Position numbers and translations under genes: made by a program | NCBI RefSeq assembly: GCF_006345805.1 | Contig: NC_042998.1 | Coordinates: forward strand, 104,780,001-104,844,000 | From: Octopus sinensis | Lineage: Eukaryota | Direction: 5' to 3' | Length of the DNA stretch: 64,000 nt | Shown here: in pieces, positions 48,291-61,089 of the stretch | Numbering within the stretch: position 1 is the first letter of the stretch | How the letters are laid out: each line of letters begins with the position of its first letter | Notes under the pieces: generated by a model | What the model saw: the letters and a program-made list of their open reading frames with translations, nothing else | Told to the model about the DNA's origin: nothing | The model's database searches: none

Positions 48291-49479
48291 GTAATAGAAA
48301 GAATTATTATTACTAATGTTGTTGCTAAATTTACTACTGTTCCTCTGTGCTAGTGGATTGATAGAAATTATTGAAAGCTGGATTAAATGCAGTGTGTTTT
48401 TATTGCCATTATAAATGCGTGTGCACACACAGACACACACGCGCGCGCGATAAATATAAAGAACATATGTGTATGTATGTATGTATGCAGGAATATATAG
48501 CTATTAGGAACATCATTAGAAAAATGATGTATTTGTTACAATCAAGTAAAGGTTTGGAACTGAATGCATGTTTGTCTTATTGTGGTTAGCTTAATATTTT
48601 TACTTATTTATGATTTCACGACAGGATCCAATACTTACCAATGATCTATAAAACTTAGTAATTTTTAGTTTACTGAAATCGATGCAGATTAATGAATAAA
48701 TCAGTAAAAGATTTAAGAGTAATCGTATACAATGGTTGTGCGAGTCGTTTTGTCTTCTAATTGCTTAGAGCTACTCAGTTGATTGAAGTATTTCAACTTA
48801 TTATACGTGAGACTTAGATAATTTATATTTAATACGCAAAATGTTCCATTGTGCTATTTCCCCGTTGGCTAGAGGCCCTTCTATTTTAGAGCTCGACATG
48901 CTATTAACATGAAATTACATCTCCTTCCAATTGTAGTATTCTGGATTAAGAATTGACACGTTAGATAATGTGGTCCTGTGTCACTGAGAAAACGACTAGG
49001 GTATATGAGTAAAAGACTAAGGGTGTCTTTGGTCTCCAGTGGAATATCTTTAATCAAAGATCACTTGACTAAGATGTGTTTGATACTAAACAACAATAAT
49101 AACGGCAGCAATCAATCAGTTTCATCACGTATAATCCAAACAGGATAGTGGCAACTTGATAAAGTCATGCATTTTTTATAAAATGAAACCGTTGGTGAGT
49201 AATGCGAGGTTTTGCTGGAACCTGTGGTGTACATCTCTGATGCAGCTAATTACGATCATTACAAACGTTGACGCATGCGCCGTTTGAAGTCACATACATA
49301 TGTTTATGACTAATATCATAATAATTCGATCTGCAGTTGCCATATGGAATGCAAAGCTGAAGGCAATCAATAATTTATCAAAAATTGCGGTTGATAAATA
49401 CTGTTATTAGAGATAAACAGCAACTGTTTCAACAGAAAAAGAAATAGGAATGTTATACTCTGTAATTCACTATATATCA

Positions 49480-49800
49480 CATTGTATGTGTGTTGTTAAA
49501 ACGTATGTGTTGCCAACATAAACAATGTGAAAGCGAACTCATGTCGTATGAGCAATATGGAAAACACAGTAAAGAACCAAAATGCAGATATCCTGCGACA
49601 ACAGCAGCAGCGGGAAAAACCAACGTGTAACTTCAGCAACAGAAAGACCTGACTGATGAAAAGCTACAAACCCGTAATAACATGTTATACTGCGCAAACT
49701 TATCTACTTACAAACTTCAATCTGCAGTATAAGGCGGGCGGAAACCACATTCAAGAAAAGGCCAAGACCAACACAGTAGCTCATTTCACCACTGCATCGT
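49480..49800 (+). mobile_element. Penelope-like linker/GIY-YIG remnant
   Basis: NNVK...MSNMENTVKNQNADIL...TCN; AETTFKKR. Confidence 0.5.
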
Positions 49801-51339
49801 GAATGAATGGAAATCATTAATACACAGGAATTAAATGATGCAGAAATAGACACACGTGTGACTTCAAGCATAATGTGTTGAAATTAGGAATTTATTTTAG
49901 ATTAATTATTTTTCAATAACTTGTGTTTCTTTTATGGTTTGTTTGGAATAGTAAAATATATCTTGACCTTAGTCTTATCATACGATCTAATTTGTTGTTA
50001 TTTATCATTAAATTAACTTTAAGTGAACAAACCTATGATTTAAGGTGTTCCAGTATAAGCAATTTATCTTACCATTCCCCATAGTCCTGAGCATGTGATT
50101 TGAGAACAATTGGTCAATCATTGTGAGAAAACTGAGGAAGCATATAGTGTTTCCTTGCTTGTTTCTTTATTGCATTGTTTAAGTAAATGGTACCTTCCTG
50201 TGTTGTGGAAGTTCCAGAAAAACTGAAGATTTGATAAACTTGCCGGAAATATTATAACTAAGAAAGAAGTAATCTTTTAAGATAAAGGTATAAAAGTCTC
50301 CCGACACTGATAAATGTCTATGCTATTTTATCCAAGACAAATGGTAAAAATTCTTTCAGAGAATAGGGAAAGTACTTTCATATAAGTGATAAATTTGAAA
50401 CACAGTTATGTTCTCGAAATAACATGTTTAAAACCTAAATAATTAACTACAGAATATGTACTGAGTTCATTATTAGATATATGTTTCATATACCGATAAT
50501 ATATACGAGCGGGACCCGTGAATATTTCACGGAATTAATGGTAAACCTATTGGGTTATTTTTGAAAACTTTATCTAAAAAACTGAAAGCGTTGCCGGTGT
50601 TGTGTCTGTATGGAAAGATGGTCGCTTATCTGCTACTGATTGAAAAAATGAAAGAAATTGGAATATGATGATTACTTAATGCACTTTATATACTTTCTTC
50701 ACAATTTTATAGACTTAATACACAGCACTCATAAAATAAATATTAACTCTTATTTTTCCCATGTTTCCTCATAAACAAGCAAAAAGAATCCTATACCTAT
50801 GATACAACCTTTAGTTAAACTGCATATATCAGCTACGTAAATAAGAGTGGATGTTTCACGGAATTGCACTTATATGCATGCGTTAAGTGATAGGTGATAT
50901 TAAAAAAAGACAGTTCAATTTAAAAAAATACACTTTTCACTATCCAGTCACCACCGTCACCTCCACCGCCACCACCTCCACCACCACCACTTCCACCACC
51001 ACCTCCATCTCCACCACTACCACCATAATCATCATTATCATAAAGATACACAATTACTATTATTTTGTGTAAAATAAACAACAATTTTTACATAATGCGA
51101 ACGTCATTCTTTATCAGACAGCAATGGCTATTTAACGTTTATATTTTACTCTTGAACAAAGTTCACTGTGAACCATTATGTGACATCGCGTGGACAACCA
51201 ATCAGTTGCATTCTGAAACCTTTCATATCATCTCTAAATACTAATTTCTGTTTGATAAAGTACGCTTAATTTTAAGTATTGCATGATGTAAATAATTAAC
51301 TATATTTCATATATAAAAATAATATTACTATTTACATTA

Positions 51340-51965
51340 AAGCGGCGAACAGGCAGACCGGAAAAAATGCCTAGCAGTATTTCGTTCGTCTTTACATTCT
51401 GAGTTCAAATTCCGCCGAGGTCGATTTTGTCTTTCATTCCTTTCGGGGTCGGTAAAATAAATACTCTTTGATCACTATAACCGATGCAATCGATTTGCTC
51501 CATCCCCAAAATTGTTGGTCTTGTGCCAAAGTTTGGAATCAATATTTCCTTTAAGGCGGCGAACATAGCAGCATTTCGTCCGTCTTTACGTTCTGAGTTC
51601 AAATCCTGCCGAGGCTGGCTTAGCCTGTCATCCTTACAGGGTCGATAAAAAAGATACCAGCTGAGTACTAGGGATCGATGTAATCGATTTACACCCCGCC
51701 ACACTCCAACCAAAAATGCGCTGTGTCAAAATTTGAAAATCAAGATTTACAGTAGGGCGGTGAGCTGGTAGAATCGTTACTGCACCGGGCAAAATGCTTA
51801 GCGGCATTGCATGTCTTTACGTTGCGTGTTCGAATTCCACCGAGGTCGACTTTATATTTCATCCTTTCGGAATCGATAAAATATGTCCCAGTTGATCACC
51901 ATCGTTGATGTATTCAACTTTCCTTTTCCTCCGAAATGGTTGGTCTTGTGCCAAATTTGAAACTA
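51340..51965 (+). mobile_element. Three consecutive SINE family A copies
   Basis: Heads near 51340, 51553 and 51753. Confidence 0.85.
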
Positions 51966-52123
51966 ATATTAATAATTACATTGTTTGGAATCTTTGTTTA
52001 TACATGTTCAAGTGTCGCGTTACTTCAAATAAATTCTGTCACTACAAACTCTTATATATGTATGTTATAATATGTGTGTGTGTGTATGTGTGTGTGTGTG
52101 TAATTATATATTAATTTATACAT

Positions 52124-52315
52124 AGGCGCAGGAGTAGCTGAGTGGTAAGTATCTTGCTTAGCGACCACATGCTTCCGGGTTCAGTCCCACTGCGTGGCAC
52201 CTCGGGCAAGTGTCTTCTACTATAGCCTCGGGCCGACCAAAGCCTTGTGAGTGGATTTGGTAGACGGAAACTAATTGCAAACGTTATCTACAACGCAATC
52301 CGTCGTATATATGTA

Positions 52316-52388
<73 letters not shown>

Positions 52389-52610
52389 GTGTGTGTGTGT
52401 GTGTGTGTGTGTGTTTGTCCCCCCAACATCGCTTGTCAACCGATGCTGGTGTGTTTACGTCCCCCGTAACATAGCGGTTCGGCAAAAGAGACTGATAGAA
52501 TAAGTACTAGGCTTACAAAGAATAAGTCCTGGGGTCGATTTGCTCGACTAAAGGCAGTGCTCTAGCATGACCGCAGTCAAATGACTGAAACAAGTAACAG
52601 AGTAAAGAGT
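52124..52610 (+). mobile_element. SINE family B with a 28-bp foreign insert
   Basis: Full unit; 52275-52302 replaces the usual GAAAGAAGC. Confidence 0.9.
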
Positions 52611-53111
52611 ATTTCAATAATGTCTGTGTATTCGATCTATATTGCTATGCAAATACGAACCATGTTTATAGGCGCAGGTGTGGCTCTGTGGTAAAAGGTT
52701 TGCTTTTGAACCACATGGTTTCTGGTTCAGTCTCCCTGAGTGACACTTTTGACAAGTGTTATCCTACAATACGACTTACCTCCTCACCCGAAATTACTGG
52801 CTTTGTGCCAACATTTGGAACCAATATTTCTCAAGCCTACAATCATGACAGAAGATGGCTCTATTACTAATGTAAGGGATGGAACATGCGGCGTGAAGCA
52901 TCGCCACCTCGGGTGTGGGCTGTTCTAACTTCACGTGAAGCAGTGTCCTGCATAGCGGTTCAAAAGGTACTATGCGGAAGGTAAAACGGGAAACTACATC
53001 TAAATGCTTCTCAAGAAAAATCGCGGATTTTTAAACTTTGAGGAGGTTAGCGATCACCTAAAAGACGGGTATAACACTTGAAGAGAAAGAGAAAGAGCGA
53101 TAGAGAAAGAC

Positions 53112-53142
<31 letters not shown>

Positions 53143-53879
53143 TTGAGAGAGACAGACGGAGACAGAGAGAGAAAGGGGAAAGAGAGAGAGAAAAAGAGAG
53201 ATAGAGGAAAGTAAGAGATTCCTCGCTCAGGAAATTAAACATTGTAATTAAAACAAAATCCTCTATGGCCAGAAAAATATATCGATTTATCTAGTTTCAG
53301 TCATTTTTACAGTTTCATCAGAGATCAGATATGGAATGTTCTTACCATTGTAGCCCAAAATTATCTATAGTATTTACAAACTGGCATAGTACTGATCTGT
53401 TCTGCCCTCTTCTACATGGTAGAACATCAGATTTTTAAAAAAGTGACAAAAATAAAAAGCAGGTTGATCATTTCATTCTGGCCACAACAAGGAAAAAGTA
53501 ACGTGTGACTTAACAACGGCACCAAATTTTCCTGATAAGGATAACAATAAGTGGTTACTATAAATACACCTATATAAATTCATTCATTTTATACATCCGT
53601 TTATCAAAGCACCATGTGGTGCTTCTCAGTCAATCGTTAAAGTGTTGACTAAAATGACTTGCGGATTTTTTTTTTCTTTTTTACTCTTAACGTCCTCTGT
53701 TAAAACCCCACCGGAGCTATCTTTAGCTTTTCTCATTCTAGAGTAAAAAAAAGTACCAGTCAAAAACTGGAGACGGTTTGATTAACTTAATATACTCAGT
53801 CTAAAAAAAACAGAAAACGATAATAATAATTCAACGTTGCCAAAGCTTGCGCTAAATAAGAGCAAAGTTTAGATCTATG

Positions 53880-54080
53880 TTTATATATATATTGGTTTCT
53901 AATTTTGGCAAGGCCAGCAGTTTCGGAGAGAGAGTAAGTCGATTTCAAACACTCCAGTGATAAACTGGTACTTATTTTATTGATCACGAAAAGTCGACCT
54001 TGGCGGAATTTAAAAGCTGGACGAAGTACTTCTATGCATTTTGACCGGCGTGGTAACGATTCTACCGGCTCACCACCTTA
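53880..54080 (-). mobile_element. SINE family A
   Basis: Core motifs. Confidence 0.75.
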
Positions 54081-54094
54081 CTGTTTATATATAT

Positions 54095-54495
54095 ACTAGC
54101 AGTATCACCCGGCGTTGCTCGGGTTTGTAAGGGAAATAACTATATAAGCATTTTTAGAGAGTTATAGCCAAAAAATAGCAAAAAAATGCATTAAAAATTG
54201 AAAGAAAATGATGGAAAATTTTTTTTTAAATCGTTGACTCATTGTAGACATTTTTAGAGAGTTACTTCCCTTATATAATAGCGAGAAAATGCATTCAAAT
54301 GGAAAAAAAATTATGGTAAATTATTTTTAAAATCGTAGACTCATCGTAGACGCACGCTAATACCCAGAAGGGCTCGATATGAATCACGACTATAAGATAC
54401 CCGGTTTTGGTTAAACTGCACCGCAAAATGTGAGAGTAGTTAGGAATCTAAATCGTAGGAGACAGACACACAACCTCACTTTTATATATAAAGAT
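54095..54495 (+). mobile_element. Non-autonomous Helentron/HINE-type element
   Basis: Starts ACTAGCAGTATCACCCGGCGTTGCTCGGG and ends GACAGACACAC...CTTTTATATATAAAGAT; architecture resembles DINE-1/Lep1-type elements. Confidence 0.65.
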
Positions 54496-54664
54496 ATATA
54501 ATAGGAAAAGATATTACCTACTACTCTCTCTGTGGTCAGGGGAATAAGTAACCGATTTGTGATTAAGCCGGTAAAAAAAGAAACACAGGCTAATTATGTC
54601 GGTTACCATTTCATGACCACGACGAATACACGATGAGAATAAATTGTGGTTATTATTAATACAC

Positions 54665-54850
54665 AGTGGCAAAATGCTTAGCCGCATTTCGTGCGTTTTT
54701 ATGTTCTGAGTTCAAATTCCACCGAGGTCGACTTTGCCTTTCATCCTTTCGGGGTCAATAAATTAAGCACCAGTTGAGTACTGGGGTCGAAGTAATCGAC
54801 TTACCTTCCCAACCACCCCATCCCCAGAAAAATTTTCAGGCCTTGTCTTT
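54665..54850 (+). mobile_element. SINE family A
   Basis: Core motifs. Confidence 0.85.
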
Positions 54851-55299
54851 AGTAGCGAGAAATATTAATACAGTCATTCCCTTACAGTTTCCCTTAATTT
54901 GTTTTTAAATTGAAACTATCAACAATACTTAGGATTTTATGTAGGCCTCGTCTAAAATTCAACTATTTTGGATGCAACCAATCGACCTCTTCAGCAAGGA
55001 CATTTGTCAGTTTTATAAACAATGATGCAAAAGGGATATTTTAAACCAAAACTGGATTGACGTTCATATAATACAGCGAGTGCCTGTCCTTGAACTTAAT
55101 ACGAGTCAACAACTGGGACAAGGCGCAAATTAATCAGGTTTGTTAATCAGGAGTGAAGAGAATACGACGCATGTGTATGTGACCTTGTCTATGTGTATAT
55201 ACAAAAATGCCAAAACGTTTTGAGTTAAGAGACTTCACGGTGTTTGTAGAAATGTGGTTGAGTTAGTGTGTTGGTTGAACTGGCAATGCACATATCTAA

Positions 55300-57200
55300 T
55301 TGTGTGCATCTATCCATCTAAGGAATCTCAGATTGAGAATTTTAGGAATGACTTACAAATCTTCACTGTGACGCTAATAAATTGGATGTGGAGAATCAGA
55401 GTCAGTTTCTTTTGCTCTTTCTTCGAAAATCCTAGTATTTCAAGGTTTTTGTGTAAATTTATAGGTACACAGCCTAATGCGCCTATGATGATAGGAGCAA
55501 ATGGGAATTCATAGTCAAGGTACAAGAACTGTAAAATCCATATTAATACACCATAAATTTTCTCTTTTCCCTGGACTTGTCAGCGTACATACACATCCGC
55601 TGGGTGGCTGACCTCTACAACAGTGCATGAATTTTGTTCCTTGTTCCGCAGAAAAATATCAGGTCTGTTATGTTAACACCGAATTGATACCAGTATTCCT
55701 TGTTTTTATAGGCATGAATACGTGCTGGTTCTGACAATATGAACTTAATACATACTAACATTATGTCAAGGAAATTCTTCCTGCGGATAGCGTTGTAGAT
55801 AACCTTTGCAAGTATATCATGTCTCAGGGACAACTATTATTTTGTAGACATTTTGGGGCAGCTATTAATGAAGTGTGCGATATCCTCCACAACGGTAGAG
55901 GTTTAGAGATATATTTGTCCCTCTTGTTTATCAGGTGTCTGGTAGCTACCTCTTGTTCATGGATAGCGAAACTATATCCTTCTAGATCGTGATGTAATTA
56001 TTGGGTCATCTCATAAATAATGCGCTTTTTTTCAATAGTATGAACTAAAAGTCGGAAGAGGATAGGATAAACTCCCTGCATCAACTTGCTATTAAAGCAG
56101 GTGTAATTTTGCCTTATACTTATTCTTAGTGCTAGTTTTGAAGAAGGCAGTTCGATTTTAAGTTATTTTTCAAAACTATAATGGAAGTGACAAAGGCGTA
56201 TATTCGGCATATTTTACTTTATGAGTTCAATAAAGACAACAACGCGACGGAAAGTGCGATGAATATTAATGCAGTATATGGGGATCGGACAACAAGCGTA
56301 ACCCAGTGTCAGCGGTTGTTTCAGAAATTCCGAGCCAGAAACTACAGCCTAGAAGACAAGCCTCGTCCTAGAAGGTCTGTAGAGCTCGACGAGGACGTCC
56401 TGCAAACCCTGGTGGGAGAAAATACCATCGTAAATTTTGTGGAACTAGCAGAGAAGCTTGGATTTGGTCATTCAACGATTCATCGACACCTGAGCTAGAA
56501 GAAAAACGACCATCTTTCGTTTGAAGACGAAAGCTGTTCTACCATCAGGATAATGCTCGGCTACCTACAGCGAGGATGACATTCCAAAGGCTGGAGCAGT
56601 TTGAATGGGAAACGATGCCCCACCCACCATATTCGCCGTAAATTGTCCGATCTGATTATCATTTATTCCACAGTCTTTGAAATCATTTGGACGGAAAAAA
56701 TATCAATTCTGTAGACGTCTTCAGAACAGTACTGAAGGAGTATTTTTCGTCACAGACAAATGAATTTTGGAAGAGGGGCTTTGCAAGTCTACCAGATAGA
56801 TGGAAGAGTATTGTAGAATATGAAGGAGTGTATATTTTAGCTTAAAAAAGAACTTTACCTTAATTTTGAAAAATAAAAGAAGTATAAAAACAACCGCATT
56901 ATTTATGTGATGACCCAATATCTATTGCAGGTCCAGGAGAGGCTATTCTTCGTGGCAATACTGGCGTTGCTCCCTCACTTACGGGATATGTATCCATGCA
57001 TTGCTTTTTGATGGTATGATACCCGCTTCTCCTTTGAGCTTCTGTTTAGGTAGGCCTCCTTCAGGTCACATGGGACATTTGTAATCTCAGAGAACCTGCT
57101 CATTAGTTCATCTCCAACTCTGAAGATGTTACTCTCTCACTTTTAAGTATGCATGTAATGTATTCATCTCTTTATTTACTGATTAGCAGATGTTATCTAA
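55300..57200 (-). mobile_element. RLE (R4/NeSL-like) LINE 3' half, split by a mariner
   Basis: YHQKAMHGYISRK...SLSW (56930-57120); AIHEQEVATRHL..VEDIAHFINSCPKMS..LRHDILAK; PIIIGALGCVP...VKICK. Confidence 0.8.
56001..56918 (+). mobile_element. Mariner element with intact TIRs and TA TSD, internally deleted
   Basis: TA|TTGGGTCATCTCATAAATAATGCG ... CGCATTATTTATGTGATGACCCAA|TA; HTH ORF 56181-56498; QDNAR and HPPYSP motifs; WVPHEL/first-D region missing. Confidence 0.9.
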
Positions 57201-57300
57201 GTGATACAATGTGACATTAAAGGATGTATGTATGTACATACGAGCGTATGTGTGTGTGCTTGTATGTATGAATGTGTACATTTATGTATATGAAAGTATA

Positions 57301-57680
57301 TGGTTCACAGGCTAGAGCGTCGGGCTCACAATCATGAGGTAGTGAGTTTGATTCCTGGACCGGGCTTTGTGTTGTGTTCTTGAGCAAGACACTTTATTTC
57401 CCGTTGCTCCAGTTCACTCAGCTATAGAAATGAATTGCTACGTCACTGGTGCCAATCTGTATCAGCCTTTGTCTTTGCTTTGGATAACATCGGTGACATG
57501 CAGAAAGAAAACTGGTCTTCCAGAAATAAGCTTTCTTGGATTTGTACATCGGAGGGTAACTTTCTAGGTGCAATCTCAAGGACAATATATGTCATTATTC
57601 AGTTTATTTCGAGATTTCTTGCTAATAGAGAAATAACCGGTTTCTAACCTAGATCCAAGGCTCCTTCATTGGAATTTCAT
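57301..57680 (+). mobile_element. tRNA-derived SINE, family D
   Basis: TGGTTCACAGGCTAGAGCG..GAGTTTGATTCC..CTTGAGCAAGACACTTTATTT. Confidence 0.65.
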
Positions 57681-57701
57681 CATCAACAAGGTATTTTTGA
57701 A

Positions 57702-57855
57702 TGTATGTATGTATGTATGTATGTATGTATGTATGTATGTATGTATGTATGTATGTATGTATGTATGTACGTACGTATGTACGTACGTATGTATGTATGT
57801 ATGTATGTATGTATGTATGTATGTATGTATGTATGTATGCATGTATGTATGTATG
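57702..57855. repeat. (TATG)n microsatellite
   Basis: Seen directly. Confidence 0.95.
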
Positions 57856-57929
57856 TGAAGATTTGTATGTTTTATGCATTGTATTCTCATGCATATAGTT
57901 GCATATCTATACATGCTCATATATATATT

Positions 57930-58140
57930 TAAATGATAAACTTCTGGAAAGTTTTACAGATATTAACAGTTCTAGTGATGGATTGGATCTGTAGTCTTCG
58001 AATTAGCTTTCTCCTTTCTGGTTTTGAGAAGCCTAATTTCTCAAGATTGGTATTTAGGCAGTGTGTTACATATCCCAGGGCTCCAGTAATTACAGGTATA
58101 AACCTGAATTTGTAATCTGGATAGAGTAATTACAGATGTC
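57930..58140 (-). mobile_element. RLE LINE extreme 3' coding fragment
   Basis: FIPVITGALGYVTHCLNTNLEKLGFSKPERRKLIRRLQIQSITRTV.ICKTF; same family as 55300-55525. Confidence 0.8.
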
Positions 58141-58545
58141 TCAATGTATGTATGTATGTATGTATGTATGTATGTATGTATGCATGTATGTATGTATGTG
58201 CACGCGCACACAGACTGACACATACACACACTCACACAAACATACACACACACACAAACACTCACACTTGTTTTGATTTCTCCGCAAACTTAATGACTTT
58301 CTTAGCAAAGTTTGATAGACAAACACTCGATTTTATTTTATCTTCGTTCTTAGTTTAGATATGGATATCATCTTCCTTCTTCTAATATGAATTGTTTATG
58401 AGACTATTTATTAGAATGATAACTAGTCAAATCAACTGGTGGTTTGACTATAAATCAGATTTTCATTTATGTCAAAAATACTTAATTTGAAACATAATGA
58501 ATAAATGAATAAAGTATGTAAGGAACGAATAACTGTATAGCTTAC

Positions 58546-58630
58546 GAAAATCTCATTGGTTTGCCGTAGTGAGCTGAAGTCTGCAACTGGAATCGATGGC
58601 ATCGTCTGTTCACTTCTCAAAACATTGTGC
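58546..58630 (-). CDS. Candidate orphan exon
   Basis: cttttttatgcag| ... TTC|gtaagc; 85 nt; single open frame HNVLRSEQTMPSIPVADFSSLRQTNEIF. Confidence 0.35.
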
Positions 58631-59719
58631 CTGCATAAAAAAGCTATTTTCCAAATATATCATTATTGTCATGTAAATTTTAATATATAACAGACTAATC
58701 TTTAAGAAGCGGATATACCATTATTCGTCTGTAAATTTTTTGAATATCACAGATTAATTTTTATGAAACTATGTTGCCTTTTATTCGCTGTATAAGTTGT
58801 TTTAACTTCTTAAAGAGAAAAATGCGCGTGCAATGCATTATGTCCTGCCGTGTGCTTGTGTAGCATATGATTACCATTGATAGAACTAGGTATGATGGAA
58901 ATGAGAAAATACGTAAAGCGCAGAGAAAACGGGGAGGAGACAAAAAGAGAGATAGGTGGGGGAATATCTAAAAATAATGGATAATTGAGAGAAAGAGAAA
59001 AATAAAAAGAAGAGGAGATGAAATACATGAGAGAGAAACAGAGACAAAGAGAAATGGAAAATTATGAATGGATGGTGAGAATAAAATAATAGAAAAGAGA
59101 AAAAGATGAGCATAATTTGAAAAGGGAAATGAGACAAAACCGAATAAAATTTAGAGTGAATATGAAATAGAATGAGGAGATATGTCCAAAGGTGAAGTTG
59201 GCAAAAGAACATGGTGGGTAGTGGAATGTGGATAGAGTGAAAGACTGTAGGATGGAGAAAGAGAGAGAGAGAGAAATGGAGAGAATGGGGGAAAATAGAT
59301 GAGTAGAGGAGGAAGTTATAAAGGTCAGAGGAAATGGTCCTTCTATGTGATCGACCTTATTCCATATTTACAGTCAGTTAACTTCAGCTTCCATCCTTTA
59401 ATTCACTTACTTTCGAATGCAGTATTTCATCATATATTCTGTTATAAAATTTTCCTTTCGTCAGCTAGGAAGCCATTTTATTCTATTTTGTTTGACATGG
59501 AAGTATTACAGACAAATTAAAGAATTTTACATTGCAATTAGATTCTTGAGATTTTCACGTGATAGTTTCACGTGATTTTCGACAAATATCCGATTAAAAC
59601 AGAAAATGAAGCTTTAATTTTGATACTATCAACTTGAGACTCTCTACATGTTTTTCTTTCTTATATTCTCATTTGATGAGCCTTGAGAAGTGGGTATTGC
59701 CAATGACCTTTGCATACCT

Positions 59720-60540
59720 TGAGAAACCGGTTAGTTTGATGTCGTTAATATTCTGAATTTGAGCTGTTGTAGTTCAACTCCTGCAGGAAAGATATGAACA
59801 GAGAAGTGCTTCCAGAGGACCGATATTCTGCTGGAAATGGTCTGGGTATACTGGATAGTAAATGTTAACTGAGAGGATTGAATGAATATTCAGGGTAGTG
59901 GGGCTGGTCTGGGCATAGTGGATGATAAATGTTCACCGAGTGGATTAGACGAAAGATGGAAAGATGAGTAGGTCGTAGGTGCGTGAGTAGTTGGGATGCG
60001 AGACAAACCAGCTCCAAGGAACAGAGATTATCATGACAATGATAGAAAAGGCAGAGTGGTGACAGCACCTCTGAGAGTCAGAAGTTAAGTAGTGTCCGTT
60101 AGTAACTGAACTCCAATTAGTCGAGTAACCCATGTCTGGTCGTGACGTAGAATGTCTTTGTGCATAGATGTAACATCGTTTCAAATATGTGAGCAGTATT
60201 CTGTTGTGGATTTCGCCTGAGCTTTGTAGAATTTCAGCAGCTACTGAAGGCTGAAATACCTTCTGGCCCTAAAGAGAAGAGCTAGTCTTTGGGATTCTGT
60301 CATAACTCGGCTAAGGATGCGCTTTTGCCAGGAGTGATCATCGGTGATAGTGGGTCCAGCTTTTGGAATAACTGGGGGTGGGGGCTGTAACTGAGTATCA
60401 CTAATGTTTAGTGGGAGTGTGATGCGATGGTATTTTCTTGAAATGAGAAGTGTTTGAGAATTTCGCTTTCGACAGAAACAAGGTCGGTACAGCACCCCAA
60501 AGAAAGATTCTCTCAATGTCAATTTATGTAATCAAACCAG
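59720..60540 (-). mobile_element. CR1-like LINE 3' RT fragment
   Basis: TITDDHSWQKRI...SQRLALLFRARRYFS...KAQAKSTTEYCSHI; LCLFYHCHDNLCSLEL. Confidence 0.8.
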
Positions 60541-61089
60541 GCTTGATGTGTCTTGGTTGCGTTTGAATGACGCATGGTCATGGAAAGTTATAGAAGTGTG
60601 TAAGATAGTGTGGGTGTTGTCAGATGTGGATGAGAATTAGGTCATTAGTGTATAAAACTGAACACAAGAGCGGACTGAGAGGGGAATTTTATTTTAGCTG
60701 CAATATTTTAAGTTCTTTTATTTTATTTTAGGCTTTCTCCTTGTCCTGTATTTTCCCAGGTTTATTAAATACCTAAGAATATTGTTATCCATTGCTCGCA
60801 TTTTTCATTCTAGTCCACTTTTTTTATAGGTTATGCAGAAAATTTGATAATTTTTATTCTAACAATAAATTTAGCTTACTTTTGCATATTTCATTTCTTA
60901 TTGATCAATAGTTCATGCCTATTCATTTTTGTTAGAAATTTTAAATTGAGTCTTATGAAATCTGCCCAATTAGAATCAATTTTATAATTAATATTTATCA
61001 GAAAAAAATTAAGAGGGCAATAATAGAAAAAATATAAAGCATTAGCTATGAGCAATGAGAAATCTAATGAATTAGGTCGACTAGAAAAC

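Noticed and set aside
56181-56498. SETMAR-like host gene
   Set aside because: Lies inside a TIR-bounded, internally deleted mariner with stops downstream
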